Source of the DNA: Magallana gigas | Lineage: Eukaryota | DNA: 64,000 nt | Assembly: GCF_963853765.1 (NCBI RefSeq) | Contig: NC_088854.1 | Span: 54,932,001-54,996,000, forward strand | Reading direction: 5' to 3' | Part shown: positions 10,118-24,100 of the stretch, piece by piece | How positions within the stretch are numbered: the first letter of the stretch is position 1 | Layout of the letters: each line of letters begins with the position of its first letter | The notes under the pieces: generated by a model | Told to the model about the DNA's origin: nothing | Databases searched by the model: none | Seen by the model: the letters and a program-made list of their open reading frames with translations, nothing else | Made by a program: the position numbers and the translations under genes

Positions 10118-13100
10118 ATGAGAGTTTCCTGTATTATTTTTTCAGTTTTCTTACCAAATTCTGTGATTGCGAGTTGTTTAGAGCGTTTGACTCATGGCTA
10201 TCGTTTAGACAACTTCACTACAGAAATTATATCCAATATTGGTGTCCACACTTGTATTAAAGAATGTCTTCTTCGTAAACCTCACTGTCAATCCATCAAT
10301 TACAACATACAACATTTCCTGTGCGGACTCAACTCTAGAGAGGATGAAGACATCGAGTTGGAGGGAGTCCCGGACTACAACAGTATCTTCGCTAACGTGG
10401 TGACAGATTCGCTGGTATGGTCACTATCTGCTCTATATACATTGTTTCACATTATTTTGAAAGCTTTAGACTTGTGGTTTTCAATTATATTCATGTGGTT
10501 ACAGTGTATTCGTTATACAGTGTATTCGTTAATGACCGTTTGTGAATTACATCAACTCCCCTCAGTACTTCAGTACTTTGTTTAAATCTTCCTTTGACAG
10601 CAATCTCTTGGAAAGTGCAAGGAAGTAGTCTGCCAACCCCTTCATAAATGTGTCACGACCCAGTTCACTGAAGTTTGTATTTCAACAGGTATTGTCAAAA
10701 TATGTATTTTGCTTTCTTTCTTCTTTCGATTACAATTATTTTTTTACTTTGAATCTGGCATATATATAGTTGTAAGGTTTGCAAAATTCTTACATCGAAG
10801 CTTGAGTATTTTTTACGTCTTTTAATGTGTAAGCGCTATGACCGTTAGGTTAGGCCGAGCGCAGATATTTATGGTTTGAAACGCAGACAGTAGGACCCCC
10901 TGCTAACTTAAACCATAAAGTTGAACCAAACGTACATATAGCATGATCAGTGTTCATTATAACATCATCTTTAATACGTAAACAATTTATAAATGGTCTG
11001 TCTTTGTAAATAGCTGAAGGAAAGTGTGTGATAGCATGAATTTGTTATTTCTTGTTCCAATGCTTATCCATTTAACAAGTTGATAAATTTTTTTATTTAC
11101 GTTTTATCAAGTATCTAAAAGATCGGTTCCTTGCTGCTAGTGTATTTATTTTCCATCTAATGATTTGATAAGATCGACACGTGAAACTAGTCTTATATCT
11201 GATTAATTATCTGGTTTGCATAGTCAATTATTTTTATTTAAAATACTTTCCATTGAAAACTCGGGACATTGTTTTAAAAAATAGAGTAAATGGTCAATAA
11301 ACATAGAAAAGTGCCACTCGGTTTAAGCATTGAATGCTTATTTTGGATGTCGTGTGTCCTACATAGTTTACATTTTTGGGAGTCGATTTTAATCAACTCT
11401 CCTATGCAGTTACTCTGGCAAACCGAAAGTGAAACAGTGTTTGGACCTAAGCACAAATCATCGCCGCTGACAAGACTTAGTTCTTAAAAATAATAGAAAA
11501 ATTCGATGTAACGAATGCTAAAGCATTGTTTTTCAAGGAAACTTATCTATAAACACTTTGAAAAAAGTAAGATTTTATATAATACGAACAATTTAGATAT
11601 TTTTGTAGTCTCATGTGTTCCTACGCCAGAGTGTAATAAAGTCTCGTTCAACCAGACGTTCGGCTGTCTTCGTAAATCTCCGACAAGCAGAGAGGCTCTC
11701 TTGTTTGTCGGAGATTACCGGAGACAGCCGAGCGTCTGGTTGAACGAGACTAGAATTCGATATCAATAGTGCTTGGATCCATACGATTTTTAGAATTGTT
11801 TCGATTCGAATACATAGTTAGAAATCTATCTTTAAATATTACACAACATGATTCATATGGGGTTTCTCGAAATTTTTGTCGGAAAAGTCTAAAAATTCAT
11901 ATAATAAAAAAGTGCGTAATTCAAATACAGATTAGAAACTAATTGCCATGCAAGATAAGTTGATTTTAAAATAAATGATAATCGATAAAATCAACTCCCC
12001 TCAGTATTTCAGTACTTTGATTAATGTATGTTATAAAATGGCATTGTTTTGAAGACTTGGGTGTACAGAGATCGATCATTGACTGAACAGTCTTAATCAG
12101 TGTAAATGATTAATATATTTGCTACAAAAGCAAAACAATCAGATAATATTTTGTATTATGTTCTGGTCGATATTTCTCAGGGTACAAGACGTCATACTGA
12201 CGTTGAAAATTAATTAGGTTTTCTACGTCTTTTGTTCAACGTCTTGTACGAGTAATGTTGTTTTTCGGTTATTCAACGTTGTCAACCATAATCAACGTAT
12301 TTTTAACGTTGGTACAACGTTGTATGCCTGCTTGGATGACACAACTAGAGGTGCATTATAGGAATTGAATACCGCGCGTTTGCGCGGTATGATAATTTGT
12401 CTGCTCCACTTGGTGTGTCATAGGACCGACGACATCCGAAAACAAGCATTCAGTGCTTGTATTTATTTTTCGTACTGATGTCTATTTGAATGATATATTT
12501 TTTTATCGCGGCTATAAAACTATTATTTACGCTCTTTCAAGTCGGTGATATGACATGAACAACCATACTAACATGTTATTTAGTTAGTTTTCATGACAAA
12601 AAATATAGTCCAGAATCTTTGTGGAGAAAAATCTATTTTATTAAGGAGAAGATGTATATTAATGATTGTTTTTCAAAAGTACATATGAAATTGGTTTTGT
12701 ATGGTTACGGCGAATTAACAAAGTGTATTTATAGAAATTTGAATGTCGGAGATTTCCAATGCAAACATAAGGGTAAGTATACACTGAATGTAAATAATTA
12801 GTTATTTTGTTGAACAAAATAGCGGCCAACATGGCGGCGCCAATGGACTGGAAGAAACTTTTCCAGCCCATAGTATCCCTGATTCAACTTTTTCTTATAG
12901 AGACTTGTTACCATTAAGCCTCGCTTCGCCCGCCTCTCGCTGCGCTCGGTATAATGTTTAGCCAGAGAGCTTAGCTAATTTAAGAGACTGTTATTCTAGT
13001 ACCCACATTTTTGTAAGATGTGAATAGATGTGGTCTTACCATTTTTGTAATCCAAATGGTAAGTGGTAACTAGTTTACAAAATAACAGTTCATCGTATGT

Positions 13101-16100
13101 TAAATTGATTCCTCGGTTGATTGACTTTTAATGTCTTAACATCACAAAAAGCACCAGTTGCTATCATGACAATCGTTTTAGAAGCATTAAACATTTTTCA
13201 TTGATATTATATATTAAGGAAGGAGTCTTTTCATTATCAAACATACTTCTTAAAATAAGAAATGCATGAAATTTTGACACAGTCAAACGGATCATATTAC
13301 TTAATGATTCTATCAGTTTAATTAAATTTGACCTTTTTGTTTTCGGATAAAGGTCAGGTCAAGGTCACTACCTTTTTCCTCAACGTAAAGAATGATAAAA
13401 ATAAGTGTAGCTCTTTATAGTTCTGTAGACATTTGTTTAAGATTTGAAGATTCAAATCTTCAGTGAAATCATAGACCATGAGAGTGTCTATCAGCTTATA
13501 CTACTAAATTGGAATAAATATTTATACTAAAATTGATATTGCTTAGCCCGCATTTCCTCTAATTTTCTTAAATTTTGAAGAAATTTTGATTATTTTTTTA
13601 TGCTTCCAATAATAAAATATTTCTAATTTTTTATGTATTATGAAGACTTTATATAAAGATATAAATTGACAGAAAAGCTAATATATTGACCATTTCATAA
13701 GAGAGAAAAACTGATTTTAGTGATTTTTTCACAAAAATCAATGTATAGAATGGGCGCTTTGAAAAGCTTATAAAAATGTAATTTGATAGGCAAATCATAT
13801 TTTAAAAACATATTCTGAAACCCAAATATCATATTATTAATTCACATTAGTAAAAAAAAATTCAACATTATTCAACATTCAATTCAACATTATTGTTATT
13901 GTTTTTAAAATGCTAAAACAGACTCATTATATATATATAATCTGCAGCAATTCTGAATTGCGCAACATGTGATATTTTCCTACGCCAATGTTACGCCAAA
14001 AATATAGTCCTTGTTCCATTCTAAACATTGATTACATTTTTCTATGCCAAGTTGTATGATAGTAAAAAAGAAAGAAAAATATACTATTTTAATTTCCTTT
14101 CATCTTGATTTAATGAACAATTAATCAAATTTACGTTTGACAAGTCGAAAACCAGAAAAGACTTCCTTAATGTAATGCTCACTTTGCGTCCTCTGAATAT
14201 GGGCCAGGAACCAAGAAGTACGGTTGTAAATTGAATTACATTATCATACATTGCATGGTGCTTGGTATTTTTTATCCTCTATGTTACTTTTTATCAAGTA
14301 GATTTTTTGGGAGGGGTCAAGTGATGATACATGTAACAAAATTCACTTCACTTCTACAAAATCACAAATATGTCTTGCATTCATCTGTATAGCTTGTAGC
14401 AAAGGAACGTATGGTAAGGATGGTCAGTGCCTGCCTTGTCCCGTGGGTCAGTACAACGATGGCTCTAAGCAATGGTGTTCTTATTGCCCTCCTGGAAGAT
14501 ACAATAACAAAACGGGGTCAAGTTCTTGCCGACGGTGTCCAAAGGGTACTTACAATACGTTACACGGCCAGACTACCTTAGGTAAGACTTAAACCAGGTA
14601 ATGTGTCAAACCAACTGGCAAATTGAAAACCTGTTCGAGTTATTTTGGTATTTCATTTTTCCAGGTGATATGAAAGTGTTTGACTCAATGCAACGCTGTA
14701 CACTTGGTTTACCCTATTACTTTTGAATACAGCTATAATTCCTCTGCTATTGATGCCAGTACCGTTATTGTGTTGAGCCAAGAGTACTAATGGTGATTTA
14801 TATGGTATATAATAATCTATCTTTTATTTTCAGATTCTTGTGTACCGTGTTCACCTGGAACTTATCAGTCTAAATCAGGTTAGGTATAATAATTGATGCA
14901 ATATCCTTACAGGCCACTCAATTATGTTTCAGTGTTACCACATCTGTTTTTAACCTAACGATGAAATTTACACTCCATGGAATTAATCTTTACCAAATCA
15001 CGTTACATAAGATATAACATTCTTGTTATCATTAGATTTTATCCAGATAGCTTTATATCCGTGTTTATGAACTGAAAATAATTTTATATGGGCTTTGTTC
15101 GCCTACTTTTTCTCCACATATGCCTATTTTTTCTTAATTTGGAACCATCTCCAATTTCAACCAAAAAATAATACATTTCATTCTATGTAATGGAATATTC
15201 AAATTTTCTGAATTAAAAGAGTCATCATTTTTATGAGGAGATTTGGGTGTTTTAAATGTTTAAAGGTTTTACAGCTGTTTTAGGTGTGTTGAAATCTTCT
15301 CAAGACCAAGCTAATAAAAATATTACGAAACCTTTGCAATATATTCATGTTATATTACATGAAAGTAAATGTGATTTTGCGAAATCAATTTTTTGTCACT
15401 ATTATCTAAGCATTAAGTGAATATATAGATTCAGTTATCAATGGCTTTACACTCTGTTGGATATAATTTGATTAAATTTTTGGTTCATCAAAGACTAGAA
15501 TTAAAGTTACCATTGATTCATTTTATTTTATGGGCGACATTTGCATGGATAGCACTACTTTCTAAATCATTAGATCATGGGGAAATAAATTAAACATTTT
15601 ATCCTTTATTTACATATCTTTAGAATCATCTGAATTTTCATAACTTTGACACCACAGTACTGGTTATTGTTTGAATATACATGTATTTTGAAATTTTAAA
15701 CAAAATTGATTAAATAATCTGCCTTTTCCATTCCGGTTCAGGTCAAAGGAAATGTTTGAATTGTCAAAATTCATATCAAGATCAAAAAGGCCAGGCATCC
15801 TGCAAATTATGCTCCAATCTCTCTCAATGTGTCAACGATGAGAGAACAGAGTGCCACAGTTCGTATTCAGATAACGGTGTATATTTCAATTATTTGAAAT
15901 TCAAAAGTATCGTCGTTTGATATAAATTTTGGCAGATCATCAGATGTTTTAAAATTTAATTTTCCGAAAAATTAAATATAATGCTTTTATAAATCAAATC
16001 AGAATTGGTGATCTGTTGATTGTAGCTCTTCGTGATCTGTTGATTGTAGCTCTTCGTGATCTGTTGATTGTAGCTCTTCGTGATCTGTTGATTGTAGCTC

Positions 16101-16315
16101 TTCCCCAACATGTGAAACGGATGGGATATGACGGGTACAATGAGGGGGACAAAAACAAACCTCAATGCAAGAAGGCATGCCGGGAGAAACTGGACTGTGT
16201 TGGTTTCACTGTGTCTCCTGATGACAACTCGACCTGTTATACACACACACGATTCAGACTTACGCAATCAAAATCGACTAATTTCTACGAATTTCCATCT
16301 GGCTGTCATCCTTGA
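10118..16315 (+). CDS. Secreted Cys-rich protein: signal peptide, PAN/apple-like domain, ephrin-receptor-like (GCC2/GCC3-type) Cys repeats, C-terminal PAN-like domain
   Basis: Phase-compatible exons 10118-10414, 10601-10688, 14393-14581, 14834-14878, 15742-15876, 16098-16315. PAN pattern CIKECLLRKPHCQSINYNIQHFLCGL; repeats CPVGQY, CPPGRYNNKTGSSSC, CPKGTY, CSPGTYQSKSGQRKC; second PAN-like CKKACREKLDCVGFTV..C. No TM segment seen. Confidence 0.75.
11375..12022. repeat. Second copy of the 1590-2225 segment, inside intron 2 of the PAN gene
   Basis: Same blocks and same hairpin (11640-11751) as the first copy. Confidence 0.85.
12180..12335. mobile_element. MITE-like fragment with caacgttg subrepeats
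   Basis: Clustered gacgt/caacgt motifs ending acaacgttgtatgcctgcttgg; left terminus not identified. Confidence 0.4.
16009..16103 (+). repeat. 24-bp tandem repeat (~4 copies) containing the 3' splice acceptor
   Basis: Unit tgatctgttgattgtagctcttcg; AG at 16024-25, 16048-49, 16072-73 and 16096-97. Confidence 0.95.
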
Positions 16316-17074
16316 TATGTCTAATCCAGGATAATCACAAAAAATAAAAATCTCTTTTTTCAAAAACCAAATTTCCAGTAATATTTAACCCTTTGCATAT
16401 AAGCTCCCAGGGACAATGATTGTATCATAATGGGATTTTTCGTGGATATTAAAAAGCAATCTGAACTATTTTTCTGATAAACGTTAAGGCTGTAAATTGT
16501 GAAATTGATACGGAATCAAGCTAGTATACAAAATGTCTAAACTTATTGATGGCGTTACTTCCATAAATGATTTAGAGTAGAGCCGGGGTCAAATTCAAAA
16601 TGTAGAAAAAATAGTTGAACCAAATTGCAGGTTCCTAATATTACCTCTATAAACAGAAGTGATTGATGATGTTGCTTCAAATGTATTCATGCTATCCTAC
16701 ATTGCATCAGAGTATGACCAGATTTGAAAGGGGTCAATGTTTCTAACAAATAATAACTAAAGTCCTTTTAAAGAAATTTTGGATATTGAAAGATCTGTTA
16801 AAGTAAAATGTAAGCAATATAATTAATTTTCATTGATGGGGGTGGGAGTGGGGTGTGGACGGGTTATTTTAAATTTCATTTTACATTGAAAAATTTGAAT
16901 ATCAGACGAAATACTTTTACGAAGCAAATATAAGCGTACGATTTGTGAAATGAATGTAAAATGATAGCAAGATGATGTTTCAGGGGAATCCTTAGTAGTC
17001 ATTGCAATTCGTCGGACTGAGAAGGGGAGCAATTTTTACACAGAAATGAAGCCTTTTGAAGAAAACAGAGATTA

Positions 17075-17345
17075 TTATTTTATATCATTATACTTTCATG
17101 TTAAATACTGAAATCCGATTGGTTTAGACGCTGTTGGTAATCCGTTCTATTACCCTCAGCGTTAGCAACACACTTGGTAACGGGTAACACAACGAATTGT
17201 TACATGCGCATAAATTGTGCACGTACGGTTCGCCGTAGAATTCACTTCTTTTCTGTATAAAAGCAGTAAAATTTTCTTTAAAATTAAGACATTCAGTATA
17301 AAAAAATAAATAGTGCCTGTTTGGGAGGATAACTGTTAAAATTGA
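17075..17345. mobile_element. Probable dispersed non-autonomous repeat (Crypton-like)
   Basis: cattatactttcatgttaaatactgaaatccgattgg...ataaatagtgcctgtttgggagg resembles non-autonomous repeats I associate with oyster genomes; family assignment is from memory and unverified. Confidence 0.35.
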
Positions 17346-20300
17346 ACAAAAAGTTACCTTTTAATGACTACCGTCATTGTTTTCTGGTAACGATTGATAA
17401 CCGTTAGAAATAAAGGGCAATATTGTAGGGGTGAACTATTACGATGTCGGCGCTGGTGATGGGTAGGATTGCTTTATTTACCCCCCAAATAGCAAGCATG
17501 TGTGAGTGCATATGTCATTTTCATTAGGACAGATATACACCATAAGAAAATGGAACTTTTTGGCAAATACTGTTAACGTTGTCTTTACCGAACCGGGAAG
17601 TCTGATGTAAAGATAGGCAAACATAACTCTAAGTTAAAGAACAACATTTTGTTACAGCAACAGGTTGTACGAATTTATTTCACATATATTTTAAATGAAT
17701 ATTACTTAAGAAAATGAAACTTACGTTCTTGTTGATAAGTTAATATGACATTAGACTTCGCTGGAAATCATGAATTTAGTGGCGTGAATTCTAGACTGAT
17801 TTCTCCCCTCTCCCTTATTATTTTACTAAAATGTCCTTTGCAACCAACACGAAGAATTTGAAACATCCATGTTCTGTTTAAGTTTCATTGATACTCTGAT
17901 AAGTGAAAATTACTTCCTTATCTATTGTGAATTGTGTGTCACTTGATAGTTTTAAAAACCCAATTATTTTCAGAAGTTAAAAAGTTCTCTATAGAAAGTT
18001 CGGTTTTTTAGCATTTTGAGCATCACAAATAGTGCATATAATTCGCTTATGGACTGTGGAAGTGTGTTAGCAGTTTACAAACCCGCCAGTTCGTAAATTT
18101 CAGATTCATTTTATAACAAATACTACTAAAAAGTTCTTTCAATATGCTTAGACTTCAGTGTGACCGGAAATTGAATTTGGATTCTATAATAACCCTTGCT
18201 TCAAACAATGTCATTTTCGAAAATACCGCATATAAAACCTCGTCGTCAGGTCTTCTTTTTATTAATTATAGAAATAGCATTTAGAAGAAAAGGCAAAGTA
18301 TATATTTTAGTCATTTATGAGAAACCAAATGGTCATATAATGGAAAACTTATTTGTTGCATCTGTGTTTTGGTCTTTTTTTCAGGAAAGGTTACTCTTGC
18401 AAAATGGATGTACATTATAAATTTCTTAGGAAGTATTTTAGATAAATTAGTTGTGACAAAAGAAGCTAGATTATTAACATTTTACTTCTTCTTTTATATT
18501 TCCTTGATACGATGCTTCAAAAGCTGGTGTTTTATATGGTATATATTTTTAATTTTATTCTTCTGATAATGAAATAAAGTATTTTTTCCGAACAGTGTCT
18601 GATCACTCCTACATGCCATGATTAATTCCGTCATCAATTTTTGAGAATATGAGAACCGCTCGATATATTTAAATAAATTATTTTTATATCACAAGGCGTA
18701 GTAATTTAAGAGAATGTACATTAGAAGATTATGAAAATTGTTTACGTATTTTGTAGCAGAGGGTTTATGATCCCTAATGTCGTAATAATAATAACAGGTG
18801 TAAAAAAAAGGTTCTGATGTAGCGAGGACCCTGACAACTTGACGGGGTCAACCGAATGGAGCATCAATTGACGTCATCCGGATTTACACATATTAAAAAG
18901 GTGTGAAACAATGCAGCCATCTAGGCCCTCAGGCAACAGGCAGACGTTGTATTGTACAGCGATATATATAATTCAAGTAAATAAATAGAAAAAAAACTTG
19001 TTTTGCATGTCCGCATGCAATCAGGTAAAACTAGAAATGAAGTGATTAAATGCTTTGCTAACATAAAGTTTCTAAGAACATACTTGGAATAAATCACCAA
19101 ATGTACGCTAGTCCTGTCGCTATCTCTAACACACAGGAGGTCAACAGAAATGAACAAATGCCATATGACGTTCATAAGGTGAAGGAGTACTGAGAAATTA
19201 TGCAAAATTCACAATTCAATAATTAGCATATAGGTAAATGTTTCGTCCTTCTCATTGCTGACAATGTCGCTTCCGTGCATCAATAATCCTCTCACGTGTA
19301 TTGTAGCGGAGGATGAACAACGTATCTAGGTAAGATATATGTATAGTTTTTTTAATTGAAATTTTCTATTCATAATGACATTCTAAATCGTGTTATGTCA
19401 AGCCGTTGCATCTTTGTGTTATCAAAACCACGTGGGATGGTGTCCTGACTTTGTAAGTACACATATACTGTAATTCGTCCTTTCTCTCTTTAGGATAAAA
19501 GTAAATTATACTATTTTGTGCATTAGGGGCTTTTTTAACGTACAGGTGATACATCCTATGGATTAAAATATTTGGTTCGAAAATTTCACCATGTTTTTTC
19601 TCTTGTTGTAAACAGGAGTTGTAAACGAGGAGTTCTTAAATTAGTAAATTCTTGACCTCGATTAGTTCCTAGTGTCACAGTTTAATTGCTAAGGAAATAT
19701 GACGACGGTGGGTTTATTTAGAGGAATCTGTTTAATTGTTAACTATTCATGTATATCGCGTTTCGTTGTAACTCGCCAGTTAACACTTGTAGAACAGGCT
19801 GATAGTGGAGCTTCAAACCTCTTATCCAATACTAGTACCAAAGGTAAGAATCAATTTGCTCTTGCATGCTGTCTCTGAAATTGGTGGTGTGGGTAAGGTA
19901 TACAGCAAAACAGTAACCTGTGGACTAAATTTGTGTTTGTGAGCACATGTTCAGCTTTTTATTTTACAATTTACCTTTTCAAAAATTAAAAAGCTCAAAG
20001 AATGATAGGGGAGGCGGGTGTAGAATTTTCTACACATGTTTTGTTTAGAATACTTAAAAAACTTGTGCAGACAAATTGCAAACATGGTGGTTATAATATA
20101 ACAACTGCTCTCACGCCTTGAGAGAATGGATATTCAACTTAAAAACTGTTAGAGGATGAGAATTCTATAAATAGCATGGGGGAAACAACAAAAATACGCA
20201 TTTACCTGGATTTTAACATATTCACATTCCTTCAGACTTTCATTAATTATTATAGCTAAACACTAGATGCCCCTTGGCTTACTTACTTACATAAAGACTT

Positions 20301-21121
20301 ACATCTATATGACGAAGGATACATCGGGGACTGTCAGTTCCAGAAAACTGTCTCATATGATAGACTTAATTTCCAATAAATCTACTGTTAGAAAGACCGT
20401 AATGTATCTTTAATTACCGATCAAATGAATGATTAGTTTAAGAGGTTATCGCATAAGGCTATTTGCATATTGTTTATATTGCCACTGATATATGAAGTCA
20501 GTACCATCTTGCAATGTCTAATTTTAAAAGAAGAAAAAATATTACGTTGAGCGTTTGGCATTGCATCATACGCAACTGTGATTGTAAAAATGTTTCGATG
20601 TGAAAGAATTTTATAGATAATCAGACTGTTTCCTAAAAAACACTTTACATTTCTAGAGAATGTTTGCACAAACATGTGTACTGATGAACACTATATTAAG
20701 AACTCGTTTCTTAACATTAAAGGGTTCCATAATTCACAAAAGCTTATTATATCTTTTAGATGTGTCTTTTAACAGAAATTTCGAATCTGTGATAAAACGA
20801 ATATATAAATAAGATTGCAAGCATTATCATCATGGTATAACGAAACGAATATGTATGAATAAAATGATTAACTTAAAACAATTCAGGTTTCTAAATCATA
20901 AACACCAACGTACAACGGATCTCTTTATACTTTGCATGTAAACACGTAGATTTTGAACGTCTCACAAAACACACTCTTACCCAACAAATTCACGCAACTC
21001 GTTAAATTAATCTCTCTTTTTCAAAACATGGTATAACACATTACATTTGTTTCAGGATCTGGGCAATAAGTCGCAAACGAGTACATTCACCTTCAACCAC
21101 GTGACCTGGTACGGAGGCAGT

Positions 21122-24100
21122 ATGACGATCACGTACCAATTCCGGGTGGCGAACACTACCCTGGGTGGCTTTGTAAAGCTGCTGGGGATGTGGAAGGGGA
21201 GTGTGTACAAGCTGGTATACAAGGAGATGATTATCTTCGCTCTGCTGTATGCTGCCATAAGTCTGGTCTACCGGCTAGGGCTTAACGAACAACAACGATT
21301 GTATGACCTTGCTTTTCTTGCATCCAAAATCATTTATTAAGAACCAAACATATTGCAAACTTGTAAAAATTGAAGATAAATACGTGTCTCTAAGTAATAC
21401 TTTTGCAAACAAAAAAAACCCCACTTTTGAAAATAACATTGTAATTTAATGCGAAGTATTTTAAAGAAAAGTTTTAGTCCAAATAGGTGAATGTTGGTGG
21501 TTTTTGTTGCTTGCAGAATATTTGAGAGCATAGTCCTCCATTGCAACAACTTCACCAGCTTGATACCTGTGAGCTTTGTGCTGGGATTCTACGTCACAAT
21601 GGTGGTCGGCAGGTGGTGGCAACAGTTCATCAACGTACCATGGCCCGACAGGTAAGTCCCAGTACCTCCCCCCCCTCCCCCCCCCCCGTACAATCACGCA
21701 ATAAACAGAAACCAGGTGACCTCAATCTTGTAAACAAATCAGCAGCCAGCAAAAGGAGATTAATTGGCCCTGGATGCAGTTTTATGGCCGTTATATGAAA
21801 TATGGGGAGCGAATGTATAAAAATAAAAAATGGGACTACTAAGAAATGTACACACCACAACAACAATGATTTGACGTTTGCTTTAGAATCGTTAAATGTG
21901 TAGCTATGTTTACTTCATGTAGAGAAGGATAAAAACTGTTTGCAGTTATCATTTGCTTCTTGCTTGTTGCTATGCAATCGATATTAAAGCAAAAAAAAAA
22001 ATGAATTCCATAAACTGAAAATTTACGTCGGGACTATTGAAAGGTTCTCGAGAAGACATAACACATAAAATATTGTGTCGTTACATTTTTTAACAGTAAT
22101 TCATGACCTTGTAAAGGTAACCTGCTGTAATGTGCTATGATATTCTACATATAGTAAGATAACTTACAATCTGTGCTATGATACGCTATAGATTGTAAGA
22201 TAACTTACAGTCTGTGCTATGATACTCTATATATTGTAAGGTAACTTACAGTCTGTGCTGTGATATTCTACATATAGTGAGATAACTTACAATCTGTACT
22301 ATGATACTCTATTTATTGTAAGATAACTTACAATCTGTACTATGATACTCTATTTATTGTAAGATAACTTACAGTCTGTGCTATGATACTCTATTTATTG
22401 TAAGATAACTTATAGTCTATGCTGTGATACTTCGTTTACACTATGTTCTTGTCACATTTGGATTTTGAGTTGTGAATCTGTGTTTGCCACCATGCACCAA
22501 GGCTATCAACACCATGTTTTTGTCAGATTCCGTTTAGAGTAATGACCTCCTTAGATAGTTAGCGGTCAGTGCAACTTTAATAGATGATATACTAGTATGT
22601 TATTGATACATTTGGTACCTTATCTATTTCTAAAAAAAAAAAAAGGTTTTTAGAAATCCAAGACAGTTTCTACCCATTAACTATTCTAGAAGGAATATTG
22701 GAAAGATTTAACAAAAGAAAGTCAATATAATTTACATTGTTTTAAGGTACATTTCAAGTCATTTCATTATATAACATTTTTGAATAAGTTTTTTCGTTAA
22801 GTCACAAATGAGATAATTTTATTACTTTGCCCTGTAAAATGCTGAATCACACCGGAAATAGTTATATTATCTTCATATCTTACGAATCAATTTTCTAGTA
22901 AAATACCGATCGATGCTTTCAAAAAGAAGATTATTTTTCAAGTTTAACAATTAAAGGAAGTTTTTCTGAATAGCAGACACTGTCATGCCTTTTTTATCGT
23001 TGGGGGACTGTTTACGTTTGCTTAGCTAAATTTTGAACCCGACGTAATTAATACGCAGAATTATTGCACGCGAGGGTGATATAACAGTTTCGGGAGGGCG
23101 ATATAACCATTTCCTGTTAAATATAACTTTTTCCGGTAGGGCAATATAACTATTTCCGGTGTGATTCAGCAATTTACAGGGCAAAGTAATAAAATTATCT
23201 CATTTGTGACATAACGAGAAAACTTATTAAAAAATGTTATATATAACATTTATCACATGTTTATCCCAATATACGGTGGATATCACTCATGGGATAAATT
23301 TTTGATATTCCACTGTGTGTTCTTACGCCACGTGACGTCATAGTTAATCATTACGTAGGTTTAGACGGTTGATTGACGTAGAATGAAAAAGTAAATAATT
23401 AATTCAGTTGAGGGGTGTTGAGATATAAATTTGAAACATTTAATGTTGTTTCAGTAATTTGTCATGAATTCATAAAAAAATGTTAGAAAATGAATGTCTG
23501 ATTGTTAAACTTCAAGGAACTTTTTTTCCATGCGTAACGTTGTTGACGTGTTGTAAATAATGTGTTGTGCGGCTCACAATCACAATTTTTACAGAAAAAG
23601 TTGGGATTAACAAAATACTTGCTAAAACATGTGATAAAAAGAATCTCTCATGATTTGCGATGGTATATGATTTTTATCCAACTCGCTGTGTGTTTTCTAT
23701 CCCCTCGTCAAGGCTCGGGGATAGAAAACACACAACTCGTTGGATAAAAATCATATACCATCGCAAATCATGAGAGATCCTATATATATTACATGACTTC
23801 GAGGGCGACATACCAGAATATTTGCCCCGAGGTGACACTTGGTATTTTTAACAAGAAATTGGTTTGAGAAGTCCAAGACAGTTTCACCTCATTAACAAAA
23901 GAAGAAAAAATTTGAAAGATTTTACAAAAGAATGTATTAAAATGTATTTCATCTTGGTATGAACTACATTTCAAGTCATTCAACTCAGCCCTCTGATATA
24001 CATGTAGAAGTTTACCTGTACTTATACTACCTGTGTATACATGTACTTTCATACTGACCATGAACTTCTTATCAACTATATGTATTCAGATTTCTGTAGA

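Noticed and set aside
15956-16267. Minus-strand ORF with KSYNQQIT repeats
   Set aside because: Antisense translation of the 24-bp repeat and PAN exon.
18921-19205. 94-aa minus-strand ORF upstream of bestrophin
   Set aside because: No domain or exon structure. Nearby GTAAGA donors (~19330, ~19844) may be bestrophin 5' UTR exons but cannot be confirmed from sequence.
22117-22430. 41-bp repeats as a CRISPR array
   Set aside because: Units are contiguous with no unique spacers, there are no cas genes, and the context is a eukaryotic intron; it is a minisatellite.
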